A DNA stretch of 63,892 bases, filler included, from Octopus bimaculoides (lineage: Eukaryota): assembly GCF_001194135.2 (NCBI RefSeq). It is 5 parts of 5 records of this genome, joined end to end, with 100 filler letters (N's around TTAATTAATTAA, not from the genome) between each part and the next. Parts side by side here need not be neighbours in the genome. Positions count along the whole stretch, not along the records: positions 1 to 12,517 come from NC_068998.1; positions 12,618 to 32,341 come from NC_068984.1; 3 more parts are not named here. One strand, written 5' to 3'. The number at the start of each line of letters is the position of its first letter. Positions within the stretch are counted from its first letter, which is position 1. Below the pieces are notes generated by a model that saw nothing but the letters and a program-made list of their open reading frames with translations, was not told where the DNA came from and searched no databases. A program made the translations under genes and the position numbers. Shown piece after piece: positions 1 through 13,807 of the stretch.

Positions 1-761
1 ATATATATACACACACATATATATATATGACGGGTTTATATATCCACGTCGGACCCTTTTCAATTATCTTTTACCAGATGCATTCAGAAGCCTTTATTCA
101 CCCCAAGGTAATAGCACGGTGGTAGAGGACATTTACCCAGTTTGCAATGAGGTGGGACTGAACCCACAACCTATAAGTTTGGGCAGGAAACGCCTTCTCT
201 AACAACACGAACGCCTATTCTTACCACATAGCAGCGCCTCTACCTATGCCGCTGTCTCCTACTATAAATAACACTTATTACACAACCATTTTCCCCATTC
301 AGTAACACAACTTACACAACACATATGTTACACCAAGACCAAAGATTCTGTATCTTTTGTGTGTGTGTGTGTGTATGTGTGTGTGTGTGTGTGTATGTGT
401 GTGTGTATGTGTGTGTGAGTGTATTTGAAGGCCACATTAAATATATTGGAACTTGAAAAGTCACATTAAAGGAAATTCTATTAAATATAGGGAAAACGTA
501 ATTATATTTTATTGTGAAAATGTAATTATCAATATCGCTTTAATAAATACAAATGAAATTTGACCTTTCGATGTCCTACAGATATGTGTGTATTTATGTA
601 TATGAGTGTTTGTGTATGTGTGTGTATTCCGCTGTGTCTATGTATGTGTGTGTGTGTGTGTTTATGTTTGTGTGTGTGTTCGTGAGTGTGTGTGATTAAA
701 AGGTCAGTTTACTTATTTATATTAATGTAATGTTATATAATATTTATGGGTATTGTATTTC

Positions 762-1264
<503 letters not shown>

Positions 1265-1679
1265 GTGCATTATACGTGCATACATACGCCCGTGCAGACG
1301 CGCACACAAATGTATTCAATGAATGCCTATTGAAGTATTAACTGGCCAGTTAATGCCTTGATATATATAGATATGTGTGTGTGTTTGTGCGTGTGTGTGT
1401 TTCTATATATGTATGTATGTATGTATACACACACACATATACACATATCATGCCACACTTTCTAGCAGCCACCCTCCTCCCTCCACCACCATCACTCATT
1501 CCACTGTTGTATAGTACATTTCACACATTTATCTCAGACACCAAATACATTACCATACATCTCTGTATATCAACATGGACAGAACATTAAACACACTAAC
1601 TACGTTGGCATATGGGCACAACTCCTCACTGCACATTCGCACGCATATACGGACACATTGATATATAATACACATCCAT

Positions 1680-1714
<35 letters not shown>

Positions 1715-2240
1715 AACTTACACGTACAGATGCACTTACACACACACACATACACTCACGAACTCATACAGTTGCTCTCTATCGTTCGATGATGAAGATT
1801 CATTTATTCAATGAAGTGAATTACCTACTTTCGAATTAACGTGTAAGTGGCTGAGTATTCCTCAAACATGTGTATCTTTAACTTAATTTTCAGGCAGAAT
1901 CAGTGGAACACAGTGTTAACCTAACGGGCCTCTGTACTGTATCCAGCTTGCCATTTTCACTTGCAGGGTACGGGTCGACCTGACACTGTAGAAAATTAAG
2001 TTTGCCCAAGATGCCATGCAACGGAAACGAACTTGGGGTGCTGTGATTGCCAGACAATATCTTTAACAAGTGTATTGTACTGCACCTACACCGACGTACG
2101 CTGTTCTGTAATACTTTTAGCGTCTTATTCACTTTGTGTTCGATGTTAAACATTTTAAATATCTAATTATTTCATACTAGTGACTCAGAACACATTATCT
2201 TCTTAGTCAACTTTTAATTCAATAATACAACAACCAGAGT

Positions 2241-2689
2241 TGGACGGTCAGCTGGCAGAAACGGTAGCACGCCGGGCGAAATTCATAGCTGTTACGTTTT
2301 GAGTTCAAATTCCGCCGAGGTCGACTTTGCGTTTCATCTTTTTGGGTCTATTAAAGAAGTACCAGTTACGCACTGGGGTCGATGTAATAGACTTAATCCC
2401 TTTGTCAGTCCTTCTTTGTCTCCTCTATGTTTAGCCCCTTGTAAACAATAAAGCAATAAATATTTGTTATTAATAAATGCGGTGAGCTAGCAGAAGCGTT
2501 AGCATGCCGGGCGAAATGCTTAGCAGTGTTTCGTCTGCCGTTACGTTCTGAGTTCAAATTCCACCGAAGTCGACTTTGCCTTTCATCCTTTCGTGGTCGA
2601 TAAATTAAGGACCACTTGCGTACTGGGGTTGATCTAATCGACGGGGCCCCTCCCCCCAAATTTCGGGCCTTTTGCCTAGAGTTGACAAG
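2241..2689 (+). mobile_element. Tandem pair of tRNA-derived SINEs (family C) within one 17-bp TSD
   Basis: B-box GAGTTCAAATTCC, central cctttcatcctttcg(g/t)ggtcgataaa; TSD AATACAACAACCAGAGT at 2224-2240 and 2690-2706. Confidence 0.8.
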
Positions 2690-3559
2690 AATACAACAAC
2701 CAGAGTACTTATTAAACACAATCATCTCTTAATACTATAAAGCTTTACAACGCTAAGGCTAAGAAGGGAAACTTTTTTGTCGCTCGATCTACTAAAAATA
2801 GCAGATAAATTTTCCTTACTTCACATCATGCTGTCATATAAAATATGCATTTGATACTGCTGTCCTAGATCAGTCGACATTTGCTATCCGTCTGCAAGGG
2901 ACGGTAAATGCCAAAGAGGTTTGGGGCGTTTTGGTTGTTCAGAAAAGAACATGAGATTTTTCTCTTGCAAATAATATATGAAAACCGCTTCAAGCAGTGA
3001 GCTGGTAGAATCGTTAGGGTGTCGGGAAAAATGCCTAGTGTCATTTAGTCAATCTTTAAGTTCTGGGCCCAAATGCCACCAACCTTGGCGGCAATTGGCT
3101 TTCATCCTTTCGGGGGGGGGGGGCGAAAAAATAAATTACCAGTTCAACACAGGGCTCGATTTAATCGATTTAGCCCCTAACCTGAAAGTGTTTGCTTTGT
3201 GACAACAATTTGAAACCAATATATCGAAACCAGGTACAATATATATTAAATTAAATACATTTTCCAAAAATCTTTGCTAGGAAGAACACTGTGTTTTAAG
3301 GAGCAAAAATATTATTTATGATGTATCAAGGGCCCCACCAGTAGGATTTCNNNNNNNNNNATGTATCAAGGGCCCCACCAGTAGGATTTCGTTAGTCCTT
3401 GCCTTCTTTAATATAAGACAATATGGATAATGAAGTAGCGTGCAAAGTTATTTGATTAAAATATCTTTTATCTTGAGTTTTCTTTTCTTTGCCAAACGTG
3501 CGGTAGGGTTGCCTGCAAAATGTCAATCGGTGAAAAAAAAAAAAAGTGAAAATATACGC

Positions 3560-3870
3560 CGAGCTACTGGAAAATGGGTAAGCTTATATCCTAGATACGC
3601 AATCTGAAAAAAAAAAAAAAAGATAGAATAGTCACGACTGGGACGCCCTAAATGAAAAAGTGGAGAAAGTCTCTTCTAGATACAGTCTGAAAAAAAATAA
3701 AAGATAGCATGGTCACGACTGGAACGCCTTTAATCAAAATATGGAGAAATACTGCCCAAGATACATAGTTTGAAATATAGGTGGATTAGTCACGGTTGGA
3801 GCCCCCTTCGATCGACGTCTGATCTGGGGCTAGTTAAATAAAGACAGCAGCAACAACAACAACAACCATA
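3560..3870 (+). repeat. Copy of the same family with an internally triplicated ~80-bp segment and (AAC)n tail
   Basis: tagatac..tctgaaaaaa..gtcacgactgg x3, ending gatctggggcta..(aac)n. Confidence 0.65.
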
Positions 3871-4236
3871 ATGACATTACGTCATACGAATGAATGTACA
3901 GCTTCTAGGGAAAATGTTGACGAAGATACACAATTAATTGAGCTTTATATAACATTACAATGAAAATATTGTTGTTGCTTAATAAATTATTTGATTTCAA
4001 TGCGGCTACGATTCTCACTTACTATTTAGATCTGATCATGTTACACGAAACACAATAAACTTATCATATTGTCTGTCTGTCTGTCTGTCTCTCTTCTGCT
4101 TCGAACAGTTATTTGGTTTGAGGCTAAAATAAAATGGCTGCAGCGCATTTCTTTTGTGCGCCATTGTGAAGAGTTACACACATTAACAATCGACTAAATA
4201 TTATATACATTTTTAAATATAATTCATTAGCAGATA

Positions 4237-4281
4237 TTGTTATTGTTGTTGCCGAAGAGGTATTATTATTATTATCATCAT

Positions 4282-4334
<53 letters not shown>

Positions 4335-4620
4335 TCAACATCATCATCGTCGTCATCATTATTATTATCATCCTTATTATTATTATTATTATTGTTATTA
4401 TTGTTATTATTGTTATAGTTATTCTTATTATAATTATTATTATTATAATTATTACTATTATCAACATCATCATCATCATCATCATCATTATATCATCAGC
4501 AGCAGCAGCACCACCACCACCCTATCATCATTATTATTATTACTATTATTATTGTTGTTGTTGTTATTATTATTAATTATTATTATTATTATTATTATTA
4601 TTATCATTACTATTATCTGC
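4237..4620. repeat. Compound trinucleotide microsatellite (TAT/TAC/CAT/CAG/TTG)
   Basis: Direct reading. Confidence 0.95.
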
Positions 4621-4962
4621 TTCCAGTAGTCTTCTGCGACTTTTTCACTGTACATTAAGCGTGTCTTTCAGTGCTCTAGAGATGTACACGGCATTGTCTG
4701 TTGATAATGTGTCTGCGTTACGTAATATTTAGATTTTTTTCCCTCTGCTTTGTTCTGAAAAACGTTTGCATTATTAGGAAGTGACTGCGTGGCATATATT
4801 TTGTGTGAGTGGTGATTGCGTAGAATGTGTGTTGTGTAAAATCTGTACTGTTGTACAGAGTGGCGACTGAGTATATGTCATCATAACATATAGTAACGTA
4901 TGACATAGAGCAATTATTCTATACTATTACATCCTAATAATATGATACAAGGGCTTAACGCT

Positions 4963-4964
4963 AT

Positions 4965-5003
<39 letters not shown>

Positions 5004-5390
5004 GTCTGTCTGCCTGTCTATCTATCTATCTGTCTGTCTGTCTGTCTGCCTGTCTGTCTATCTACCTATCTGTCTGTCTGTCTGTCTGTCTGTCTCACTA
5101 TCTGTCTGTGTGTGTGTGTGTGTCTGTCTGTCTCTGTGTCTGTCTGTCTGTCTCTGTGTCTGTCTGTCTGACTGTCCGCCCGTCTATCTATCCATCCGTT
5201 CTATCTATCTATCTGTCTGTGTGACTATCTGTCTGTCTGTCTGTCTGTCCGACTGTTTGTTTGTCTGCCTGCCTGCCTGCATGCCTGCCTGTCTGTCTGT
5301 CTGTCTGTCTGTGTATCTAATTAGCTAGCTGTTTGTCAATGTATGTATGTATGTATGTATGTATGTATGTATGTATGTATGCGTGCGTGT
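4963..5390. repeat. (TCTA)n/(TCTG)n/(TATG)n microsatellite
   Basis: Direct reading. Confidence 0.95.
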
Positions 5391-5414
5391 GTTTTTGTGT
5401 GTCTATGTGTCTTA

Positions 5415-7309
5415 CGTTGTCAGATAAATTCGTTCAATTTCCATTTGTTTCAAGCCTTATTTTTCATCAACAGCTTTAACAAATAAGTTTATCATATATT
5501 TCCATTTATTGTTCACGGCTTCTTGCCAACGTTTCACTATCTTGTCACTGCCTAAATCGTAGAAATCACTTGGTCTTGACTCGAAGAATTGATCGATCCA
5601 CCTTTTCAGCTGCCCATTGTTGTTAAATGAAATGCCTCGCAGATTGTTGGAGAGAGACCAAAAAATTATAATCTGAGGGCGCTGTACCAAGATAATACGG
5701 TGAGGGCGGTAAAACTGTCCAACTGAACTCTTAAATAACATTTTGGCCAATTAACGATGTGTAGGAGGACGAGTGTTGTCGCGTTGAACAAGCACGCAGC
5801 GTCGCTGGTCGGGTCGTTTCAGTTAGATTGCATCATTAAGCCGGAACATTTTATGAATGGGATCTTTTTTAAAACGGGGGCCACATTTTTCATTAACGAA
5901 ACACTTTGAAACTTGGAAAACTGATAGAATATGTCATATAAAACATCTTTTTCTCTTAGTCTTCTTAAAAAAAAAAGAAATCGCTNNNNNNNNNNATGGG
6001 ATCTTTTTTAAAACGGGGGCCACATTTTTCATTAACGAAACACTTTGAAACTTGGAAAACTGATAGAATATGTCATATAAAACATCTTTTTCTCTTAGTC
6101 TTCTTAAAAAAAAAGAAATCCCTAAGTTATTCCATGTTAAAGTTGTCGTATTTCTGTAATTTCAACCAATCACTGACGTCCATTCATCCGATATACATTA
6201 AGTGCCGACTACATAAACAAACGATTCTGAAACAATTCTATCGATGATAGGGTTAGGGTAAAACAGAAAATTTAAAAAGAAAAAAGCAAATAAAACGAAG
6301 CTATGGCTTAATCAGCCAAAGGAGTAAATGTAAACAACTGAATACTTGTCAGTGATTGGTTGAAATTATCGAAATAAGACAATTTTTTACATGAAATAAA
6401 TTCGAATACAAAAATATTTTTCTGTTCTATAACACAAAATAGATAAGTATACGAAGTTTGAAAGTCTTTCGGTACTAAAAACACTACGTAAAACATTAAT
6501 GAAAAATGTGGCCCCCGTTTTAAAAAAGATCCAATGAATGTAATGCGCTACATTGAACGCGTGGTTGTATCCAAACATTTTGTAGTAGATTAGCTCTTCT
6601 CAGTCCCATCAAATGCAGATAATTGTCTTGTGTGAATGCAGATCTAGCTTGGCTCGAGATGTTGTTTTGCTAGTCAGTATTCCATCATTCTTTCTTCTGC
6701 TCGATACCAATTTTCATCGCTGGCGATCATGTGGTAAAGAAATATTTGTGTCCATGAATAACCGGACGTCGAGCAAGGAAACTACTAGCAATAGAAGGGC
6801 GCTGGAGTTTGCATCCTTCGTTCCGACCACGTGTCTCACATGCATCAGGTTTTTAGATCTCACTCATCAAGTGAAGGTAACGGGCAACAGCATGATAATG
6901 CATCTTATCTGTTAGGCAAATTCCTAAGTTGGATTGGTGCAGATCATCGTGGATGAACTAGTTCGATCACTTCTCATTGAACTGAAAAAGATTCGCCAGA
7001 ACATTGAGTGTCTGTGAGGTTCGATTTCCTCTCCTTGAAATACGAAAATGTCTCGATCGATTTTGGCAGCTTTGGAATTTTGAATGAAGGCGAAGGAAAG
7101 CAGGTGTCAAAATGTTAATTCTTTTTTCTTCTACTTGACACTCCATCGTCACATGTCTGGTAAAAGAAGGTAAAATTGATTCAAACTTCAAAAACGATAA
7201 ACAAAAGTTGTAGAGAATAGTTACGAGAAGAGCTGTAAAGTGTTGCGATAAAAATATTTCTCGTTTTAATTCATATAACATAGGAAAGAAACAGGTTTAT
7301 GTGACAATT

Positions 7310-7312
<3 letters not shown>
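5415..7312 (-). mobile_element. Decayed mariner element interrupted by a MITE
   Basis: Minus-strand remnants MECQVEEK, HMIASDENW, KLDLHSHKTIICI.WD, DNTRP, RSLSNNLRG..FYDLG..RWQEAVNN. Degenerate TIRs next to TA at both ends. Confidence 0.8.
5860..6532. mobile_element. Non-autonomous DNA transposon (MITE), ~37-bp TIRs, 8-bp TSD; Merlin-like by end structure
   Basis: GGATCTTTTTTAAAACGGGGGCCACATTTTTCATTAA inverted at both ends; flanks TATGAATG / AATGAATG (7/8); second inner inverted repeat at ~6141-6190 / 6335-6385. Confidence 0.75.
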
Positions 7313-7345
<33 letters not shown>

Positions 7346-8022
7346 ACACATATATATATATATATAATATATACATATATATTTATATACATATATATAT
7401 ATACATATATATATTTATATACATATATATATGTACATATATATATATATATACATATATATATANNNNNNNNNNNNNNNNNNNNNNNNNNNNNNNNNNN
7501 NNNNNNNNNNNNNNNNNNNNNNNNNNNNNNNNNNNNNNNNNNNNNNNNNNNNNNNNNNNNNNNNNNNNNNNNNNNNNNNNNNNNNNNNNNNNNNNNNNNN
7601 NNNNNNNNNNNNNNNNNNNNNNNNNNNNNNNNNNNNNNNNNNNNNNNNNNNNNNNNNNNNNNNNNNNNNNNNNNNNNNNNNNNNNNNNNNNNNNNNNNNN
7701 NNNNNNNNNNNNNNNNNNNNNNNNNNNNNNNNNNNNNNNNNNNNNNNNNNNNNNNNNNNNNNNNNNNNNNNNNNNNNNNNNNNNNNNNNNNNNNNNNNNN
7801 NNNNNNNNNNNNNNNNNNNNNNNNNNNNNNNNNNNNNNNNNNNNNNNNNNNNNNNNNNNNNNNNNNNNNNNNNNNNNNNNNNNNNNNNNNNNNNNNNNNN
7901 NNNNNNNNNNNNNNNNNNNNNNNNNNNNNNNNNNNNNNNNNNNNNNNNNNNNNNNNNNNNNNNNNNNNNNNNNNNNNNNNNNNNNNNNNNNNNNNNNNNN
8001 NNNNNNNNNNNNNNATGTAGTA

Positions 8023-8085
8023 GTTTAACGCTCGGGAAGTGAAAAAGTCTTTAACGTTTCGAGCCTACGCTCTTCCACAGAAAGG
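8023..8085 (-). ncRNA. Degenerate type I hammerhead-ribozyme-like motif in a repeat
   Basis: CCTTT-CTGTGGA-A-GAGC[GTAG]GCTC-GAAA-CGTT...AGCG-TT-AAAC; perfect stem II, mutated core. Confidence 0.45.
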
Positions 8086-8423
8086 AACACAGAAAGAAAC
8101 CCAGAAAGAAACAAGGAGAGAGAATAAAGAATGTGTAGTGGCTAGCGATCTATCATGGCGAATGCCGGATAGAAGGGTCTCATAGGAGAGCTAGGAAGAA
8201 GGGAAGATAATAAAGTAGTGGTGATCCCAAAACGCAGGTGCGCGTGCGTGTGTATAAGAGGGTGTGTACGTGGGTGTGGAAGAGGGATGGTGACCTTGAC
8301 ATGTGCGTGTGAGTATGTGTATGTTTGATGTGATGCGATGTCTTGTGTGGTATGGTGCTGTGTGGTGTGGTTTGATGGTGTTGGGTGGTGTATATATATA
8401 TATATGTATGTATATGTATATAG

Positions 8424-8495
<72 letters not shown>

Positions 8496-8506
8496 GTGTG
8501 TGTGTG

Positions 8507-8555
<49 letters not shown>

Positions 8556-10857
8556 GTGTGTGTGNNNNNNNNNNNNNNNNNNNNNNNNNNNNNNNNNNNN
8601 NNNNNNNNNNNNNNNNNNNNNNNNNNNNNNNNNNNNNNNNNNNNNNNNNNNNNNNNNNNNNNNNNNNNNNNNNNNNNNNNNNNNNNNNNNNNNNNNNNNN
8701 NNNNNNNNNNNNNNNNNNNNNNNNNNNNNNNNNNNNNNNNNNNNNNNNNNNNNNNNNNNNNNNNNNNNNNNNNNNNNNNNNNNNNNNNNNNNNNNNNNNN
8801 NNNNNNNNNNNNNNNNNNNNNNNNNNNNNNNNNNNNNNNNNNNNNNNNNNNNNNNNNNNNNNNNNNNNNNNNNNNNNNNNNNNNNNNNNNNNNNNNNNNN
8901 NNNNNNNNNNNNNNNNNNNNNNNNNNNNNNNNNNNNNNNNNNNNNNNNNNNNNNNNNNNNNNNNNNNNNNNNNNNNNNNNNNNNNNNNNNNNNNNNNNNN
9001 NNNNNNNNNNNNNNNNNNNNNNNNNNNNNNNNNNNNNNNNNNNNNNNNNNNNNNNNNNNNNNNNNNNNNNNNNNNNNNNNNNNNNNNNNNNNNNNNNNNN
9101 NNNNNNNNNNNNNNNNNNNNNNNNNNNNNNNNNNNNNNNNNNNNNNNNNNNNNNNNNNNNNNNNNNNNNNNNNNNNNNNNNNNNNNNNNNNNNNNNNNNN
9201 NNNNNNNNNNNNNNNNNNNNNNNNNNNNNNNNNNNNNNNNNNNNNNNNNNNNNNNNNNNNNNNNNNNNNNNNNNNNNNNNNNNNNNNNNNNNNNNNNNNN
9301 NNNNNNNNNNNNNNNNNNNNNNNNNNNNNNNNNNNNNNNNNNNNNNNNNNNNNNNNNNNNNNNNNNNNNNNNNNNNNNNNNNNNNNNNNNNNNNNNNNNN
9401 NNNNNNNNNNNNNNNNNNNNNNNNATGAAAATATGTTGTCTATTGACTTTATTACGCAGACATACATACATACATACACGCAAATGCGCACAAACACAGA
9501 AATACAGACAAACGCACACATACAAACAGTCACACACATATACACATAAATGAACACAAATGCACGTATACATTCACACATACACACAGACGAATGCACA
9601 AAACACACAGACACACAATAATACATACAGGCAATCACACGACGATGCGCATACACACAAAAAGCACTCACATAAACACACACACAGACACACACAGCTA
9701 AGCTTTAGCAACCATACACACACAGTTAAGTGTACGCTCTCATACAAATAAACATAAACACATACATTCACACGAACACATACATAGTACTAGATATACA
9801 CTTACATATAACAAAACATAACATACACAGCTAGAAATATATGCTCAGCTAAATACACACATACACACGCAACTAAACCCAAATACACACACACACACAC
9901 ACAACGCGCATACACACAGAGCTAAAACACATACACAATTAAGCACAAACGTACACACACATAAACATACTCGTACACACACACACACACAAACCTGAAA
10001 TATCAAACTAATATGTATTTTGTACAAAAGGTTACAACGACACGTTGATTACACAACTAACAACACATCGTTTCCACAATATCTTTTAGAAGTTGCCGGA
10101 AGTTGCCGGAACTTGTGAATGTCATATGACGTCACATTTTATTGTTGAAACCTGCATTAAAAAAAATAGAAAAAACACTCGCAAAACAAAGAAAATAAAT
10201 AGCAACAAAATAAAAAAAAATTTATAAGACTATATCAAATTTAAATATGTGATATGAACCGATCATAGAAGAGCGATCATTAAATTTGCGTCGTTTCTGT
10301 GTTTCTAAACGACATGCTCCCACTTTCTAATTTATATCGACATATTTTTTTTCTTCTTTTACTTTATCGTCTGCTTCTTCCATTTTGTTTTTCTTTAATT
10401 TTGTAATATCTCTACAAGTTTTTTTCAAATATTTTTGTTAATTTATCGTCTGCGTTTACTTAAGTTATGTTGCATTTCTTGTTTTTGTTTTCTTCGTTTC
10501 CTTCCTTCTTATATATCAATTTCTAACTTCTGTTTCTCTTATATATATATATATTCTTTTTCTTCGTTCTTCTCTATGTTAACCTTTCTATTTTACCTTC
10601 TTCCTTCTTCCATTGCACCATTTTCTTTCCCTTCTGTTTCCTTCTTGCTTGTTTGTTTTCCTTTATCATTTACCTCGACATAAGATATTTCATTAAATCT
10701 TTGTCATCGTCGTAGTCGTAGTCTTCTTGTTTTTATTTTTGTTGTTTTACTTTTAGTTTTTATAGACGCCTTCTCATATTTCTGTTTCATATTGTATTTC
10801 GACACCTCCTTTTTATCTTTCTATCCTTTCTTTTATAATGTCTACTTTCTCTCTTCC

Positions 10858-10926
<69 letters not shown>

Positions 10927-11066
10927 TCTCTCTTTCTCTATCTCGTTACATACTACTTCACCCGTTTAGAGCAACTGTGAATGTAGATATGAAAAATAAA
11001 AACTTTGCACTTTTTCTTAAATATTTTCAGCATCATAATTAATTTCTGCAGTACCTTCATACCACC

Positions 11067-11098
<32 letters not shown>

Positions 11099-11209
11099 CA
11101 ACAACAACGCTTTGACCTAGTTTTCAGCACCAGAAACTGTTTAAAATCTCACAGTCTTTGGTCAAAGCCGTATAGTAGAGGCAGTAAAAAAAAAAAAAAA
11201 TTACAAAAT

Positions 11210-11640
11210 GTTTTTAATGAATGGATGCTGCGGAAATTATAACTGCTATGAACTGGGGCAGTGGCGTGGTAAAACAAAATTCGCCTTGAATAAATTCTTC
11301 ACCGTTTCTGTCAACTGTTTCTCCCCACCCCCACAAATTATCAATTACTGCTTCATAACATTGATCCGTCGTAGTTTCAACTGTACCGAGATATTCTATA
11401 TGAAAGGCACTTTTAGGAAAGTAATAAAACACGCCCTAATCTGGATGCAAGTAAAAACTTCATTTAGCATCGGTTTCATAGGAGATGGCGCTCCTTTAAT
11501 GTGTTATTTCATTGACTGTTGTTTGTTGGATCATAGCTATAAACCTGTCTCTCGTCACCGGTAACGATTCGTGTGTGAAACTCTTTTTTGAGGATCAGTG
11601 TTAGGGAAGTTATTGCAAAACTCAGCTTCGTTCTGCTATT
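11210..11640 (-). mobile_element. Mariner transposase fragment (decayed)
   Basis: RIVTGDERQVYSYDP matches the mariner IVTGDE-WVY-YDP motif; following frames resemble the central catalytic region, with stops. Confidence 0.7.
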
Positions 11641-12138
11641 AAATTCTTGTCCAAGAACGAAGAACTGCTTTGAAAATAAAATAAAACCTAATTTTATTTA
11701 TATCACTATTAGAATATTACCCGGTATATAACGAGTGGCTTAGGAGGTGTACATCTGCCACCAAAGGTAATACCAGAAAATATGGGATATATATACATGC
11801 ATGCATACATACAAACATACATACATACGTATAAATTTGCAGTTACTCTATCAAGATTAGAAGCTCAGGTCTATACCTGTAATTATTGGGGTCCTAGGAT
11901 ATGTAATACACTGTCTAAACACCAATCTTGAGAAATTAAGCTTCTTAAAAATAGAAACGTAAAAGCTAATTCGAAGACTGCAGATTCAATCCATCACTGG
12001 AGCTGTACAAATCTGTAAAACTTTCCAGAAGTTTAGTATTTAAATATATATGAGCATGTCTATATATACAACGATATACATGAGCATACATACATAAAGC
12101 AAAACATACATACATACATACATACACACATACATACA

Positions 12139-12170
<32 letters not shown>

Positions 12171-12617
12171 AACAAAAACACCCTGTTGTTGATGTCGAAA
12201 TTCCAATGAAGAAGCCTTGGATCTAGGCTAGAAACCGGTTCTTTTTCTATTGGCAAGAAATTTTGAAATAAACTGAATAATGACATACATACATACATAC
12301 ATACATATATTCATATAGAGACACATACATTCATAGACACATACATACATGCACACACATACATACATACACACATACATAGACACATACATACATACAT
12401 ACATACATACATAGGACACATACATACATAGACGCTCATACATACATGTGAATGATGCGAAGCTAATGATTATTTCCAATTATCTTGGGTGTAATTTTAA
12501 TTAAAATATATTGTTTANNNNNNNNNNNNNNNNNNNNNNNNNNNNNNNNNNNNNNNNNNNNTTAATTAATTAANNNNNNNNNNNNNNNNNNNNNNNNNNN
12601 NNNNNNNNNNNNNNNNN

Positions 12618-12810
12618 AGGAAGTAAGAGTGAGAGAAAGTTATGGTGAAAGAGTACAGCAGGGTTCACCACCATCCCCTGCCGGAGCCTCGTGGAGCTTT
12701 AGGTGTTTTCGCTCAATAAACACTCACAACGCCCGGTCTGGGAATCGATACCGCGATCCTATGACCGCGAGTCCGCTGCCCTAACCACTAGGCCATTGCG
12801 CCTCCACACA
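12618..12810 (-). mobile_element. SINE family B, 5' half (rest in gap)
   Basis: Near-identical to the 13808-14184 head. Confidence 0.8.
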
Positions 12811-13261
12811 TAAATACATACATACATACATACATACATAGTTACGTACCTACACCCATACACGTTTACATACATACACCTAATATCAATCAGCCCCAAG
12901 TAATTCCATATAATTCATTTACAGCAGCTCAGATTCATCATCTTCAGCACAGTATCATAATTATTTTTTGCATTTTTTCTTGAAAGACTGATTATGTTTA
13001 TAGTTTCGTATATGGATGTTAAAGACAGAAGCAAACTTCAGATCAGTTTAATGTACAGTAATACTTTTCAGACAGGAAATAAGCCATATATATGTATATA
13101 TATGTGTGTGTTTTGCTTCTGTGTATGTATGTATGTATGTATGTATGTATGTATGCATGTATGTGTGTACTTATTCATGTATACATCTATGTGTGTATGC
13201 GTGCGTGCATGCATGCATGTATGCATTTATGTATGTATGTATGTATGTATGCATATGAGAA

Positions 13262-13626
13262 GGTTGTGCTGTTAAGAAAGTCGCTTTGCAGCCATGTAGT
13301 TTCCAGGCTAGTCTCACTGCACAGCTCATTAGACAAGCATTTTCTACTATAGTCCAGAGCCAATCAGTGCCTTTGAGTGAATTTGGTAGATGAGAACTAT
13401 GTGGAAGCCCATCGTTTATATGTGTGTGTGTGTGTGAGTGTGTATGTATGTGTACCTGTGTGTGTGCAAGTTTCTCCATTTGTGTTAGCTCCCTTACCCC
13501 TCTCCGACTGACAGCTGGTGTTGATTTGTTTACGCCTCCGTAACTCAGAAATTCGCCAAAACAGTCTGATAGAATAAGTTCTACACTTAAAAACATAAGT
13601 ACTAGGAGCGATTTGTTAGACTAGAC
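13262..13626 (+). mobile_element. Old SINE family A copy, cut by the hAT insertion
   Basis: Diverged family A sequence ending at the hAT target site. Confidence 0.6.
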
Positions 13627-13807
13627 CAGTGGTTGTTAACCTTTTTACTACCATGGCTCCTCAAGGAATTTGTCCTCCTCTCCATACCCCACTTGCATCT
13701 ATGAATAAAATTCCCTCCCAGATTTCAAAATAAAATCTAAAATATGTTTTTAGTCTTTTTATTGAATATGAATTAGTCACATTATACAAAATGTGTAAGA
13801 TTTTATA

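Noticed and set aside
3321-3390. 30-bp direct repeat across a 10-N gap
   Set aside because: Identical sequence on both sides of a placeholder gap: unmerged contig overlap.
4237-4629. Poly-Tyr/His/Leu ORF
   Set aside because: Compound trinucleotide microsatellite with no splice or domain support.
5857-6121. ~125-bp direct repeat across a 10-N gap
   Set aside because: Same overlap artefact.
11214-11432. 72-aa ORF that looks like a host exon
   Set aside because: It is a decayed mariner transposase segment.
12562-12573. TTAATTAATTAA palindrome recurring at 12562, 32386, 57380 and 60506
   Set aside because: Each sits in the middle of an N run (44 N + 12 nt + 44 N = 100 nt where counted, at 12518-12617) and gives stops in all six frames: an artificial scaffold-join spacer.
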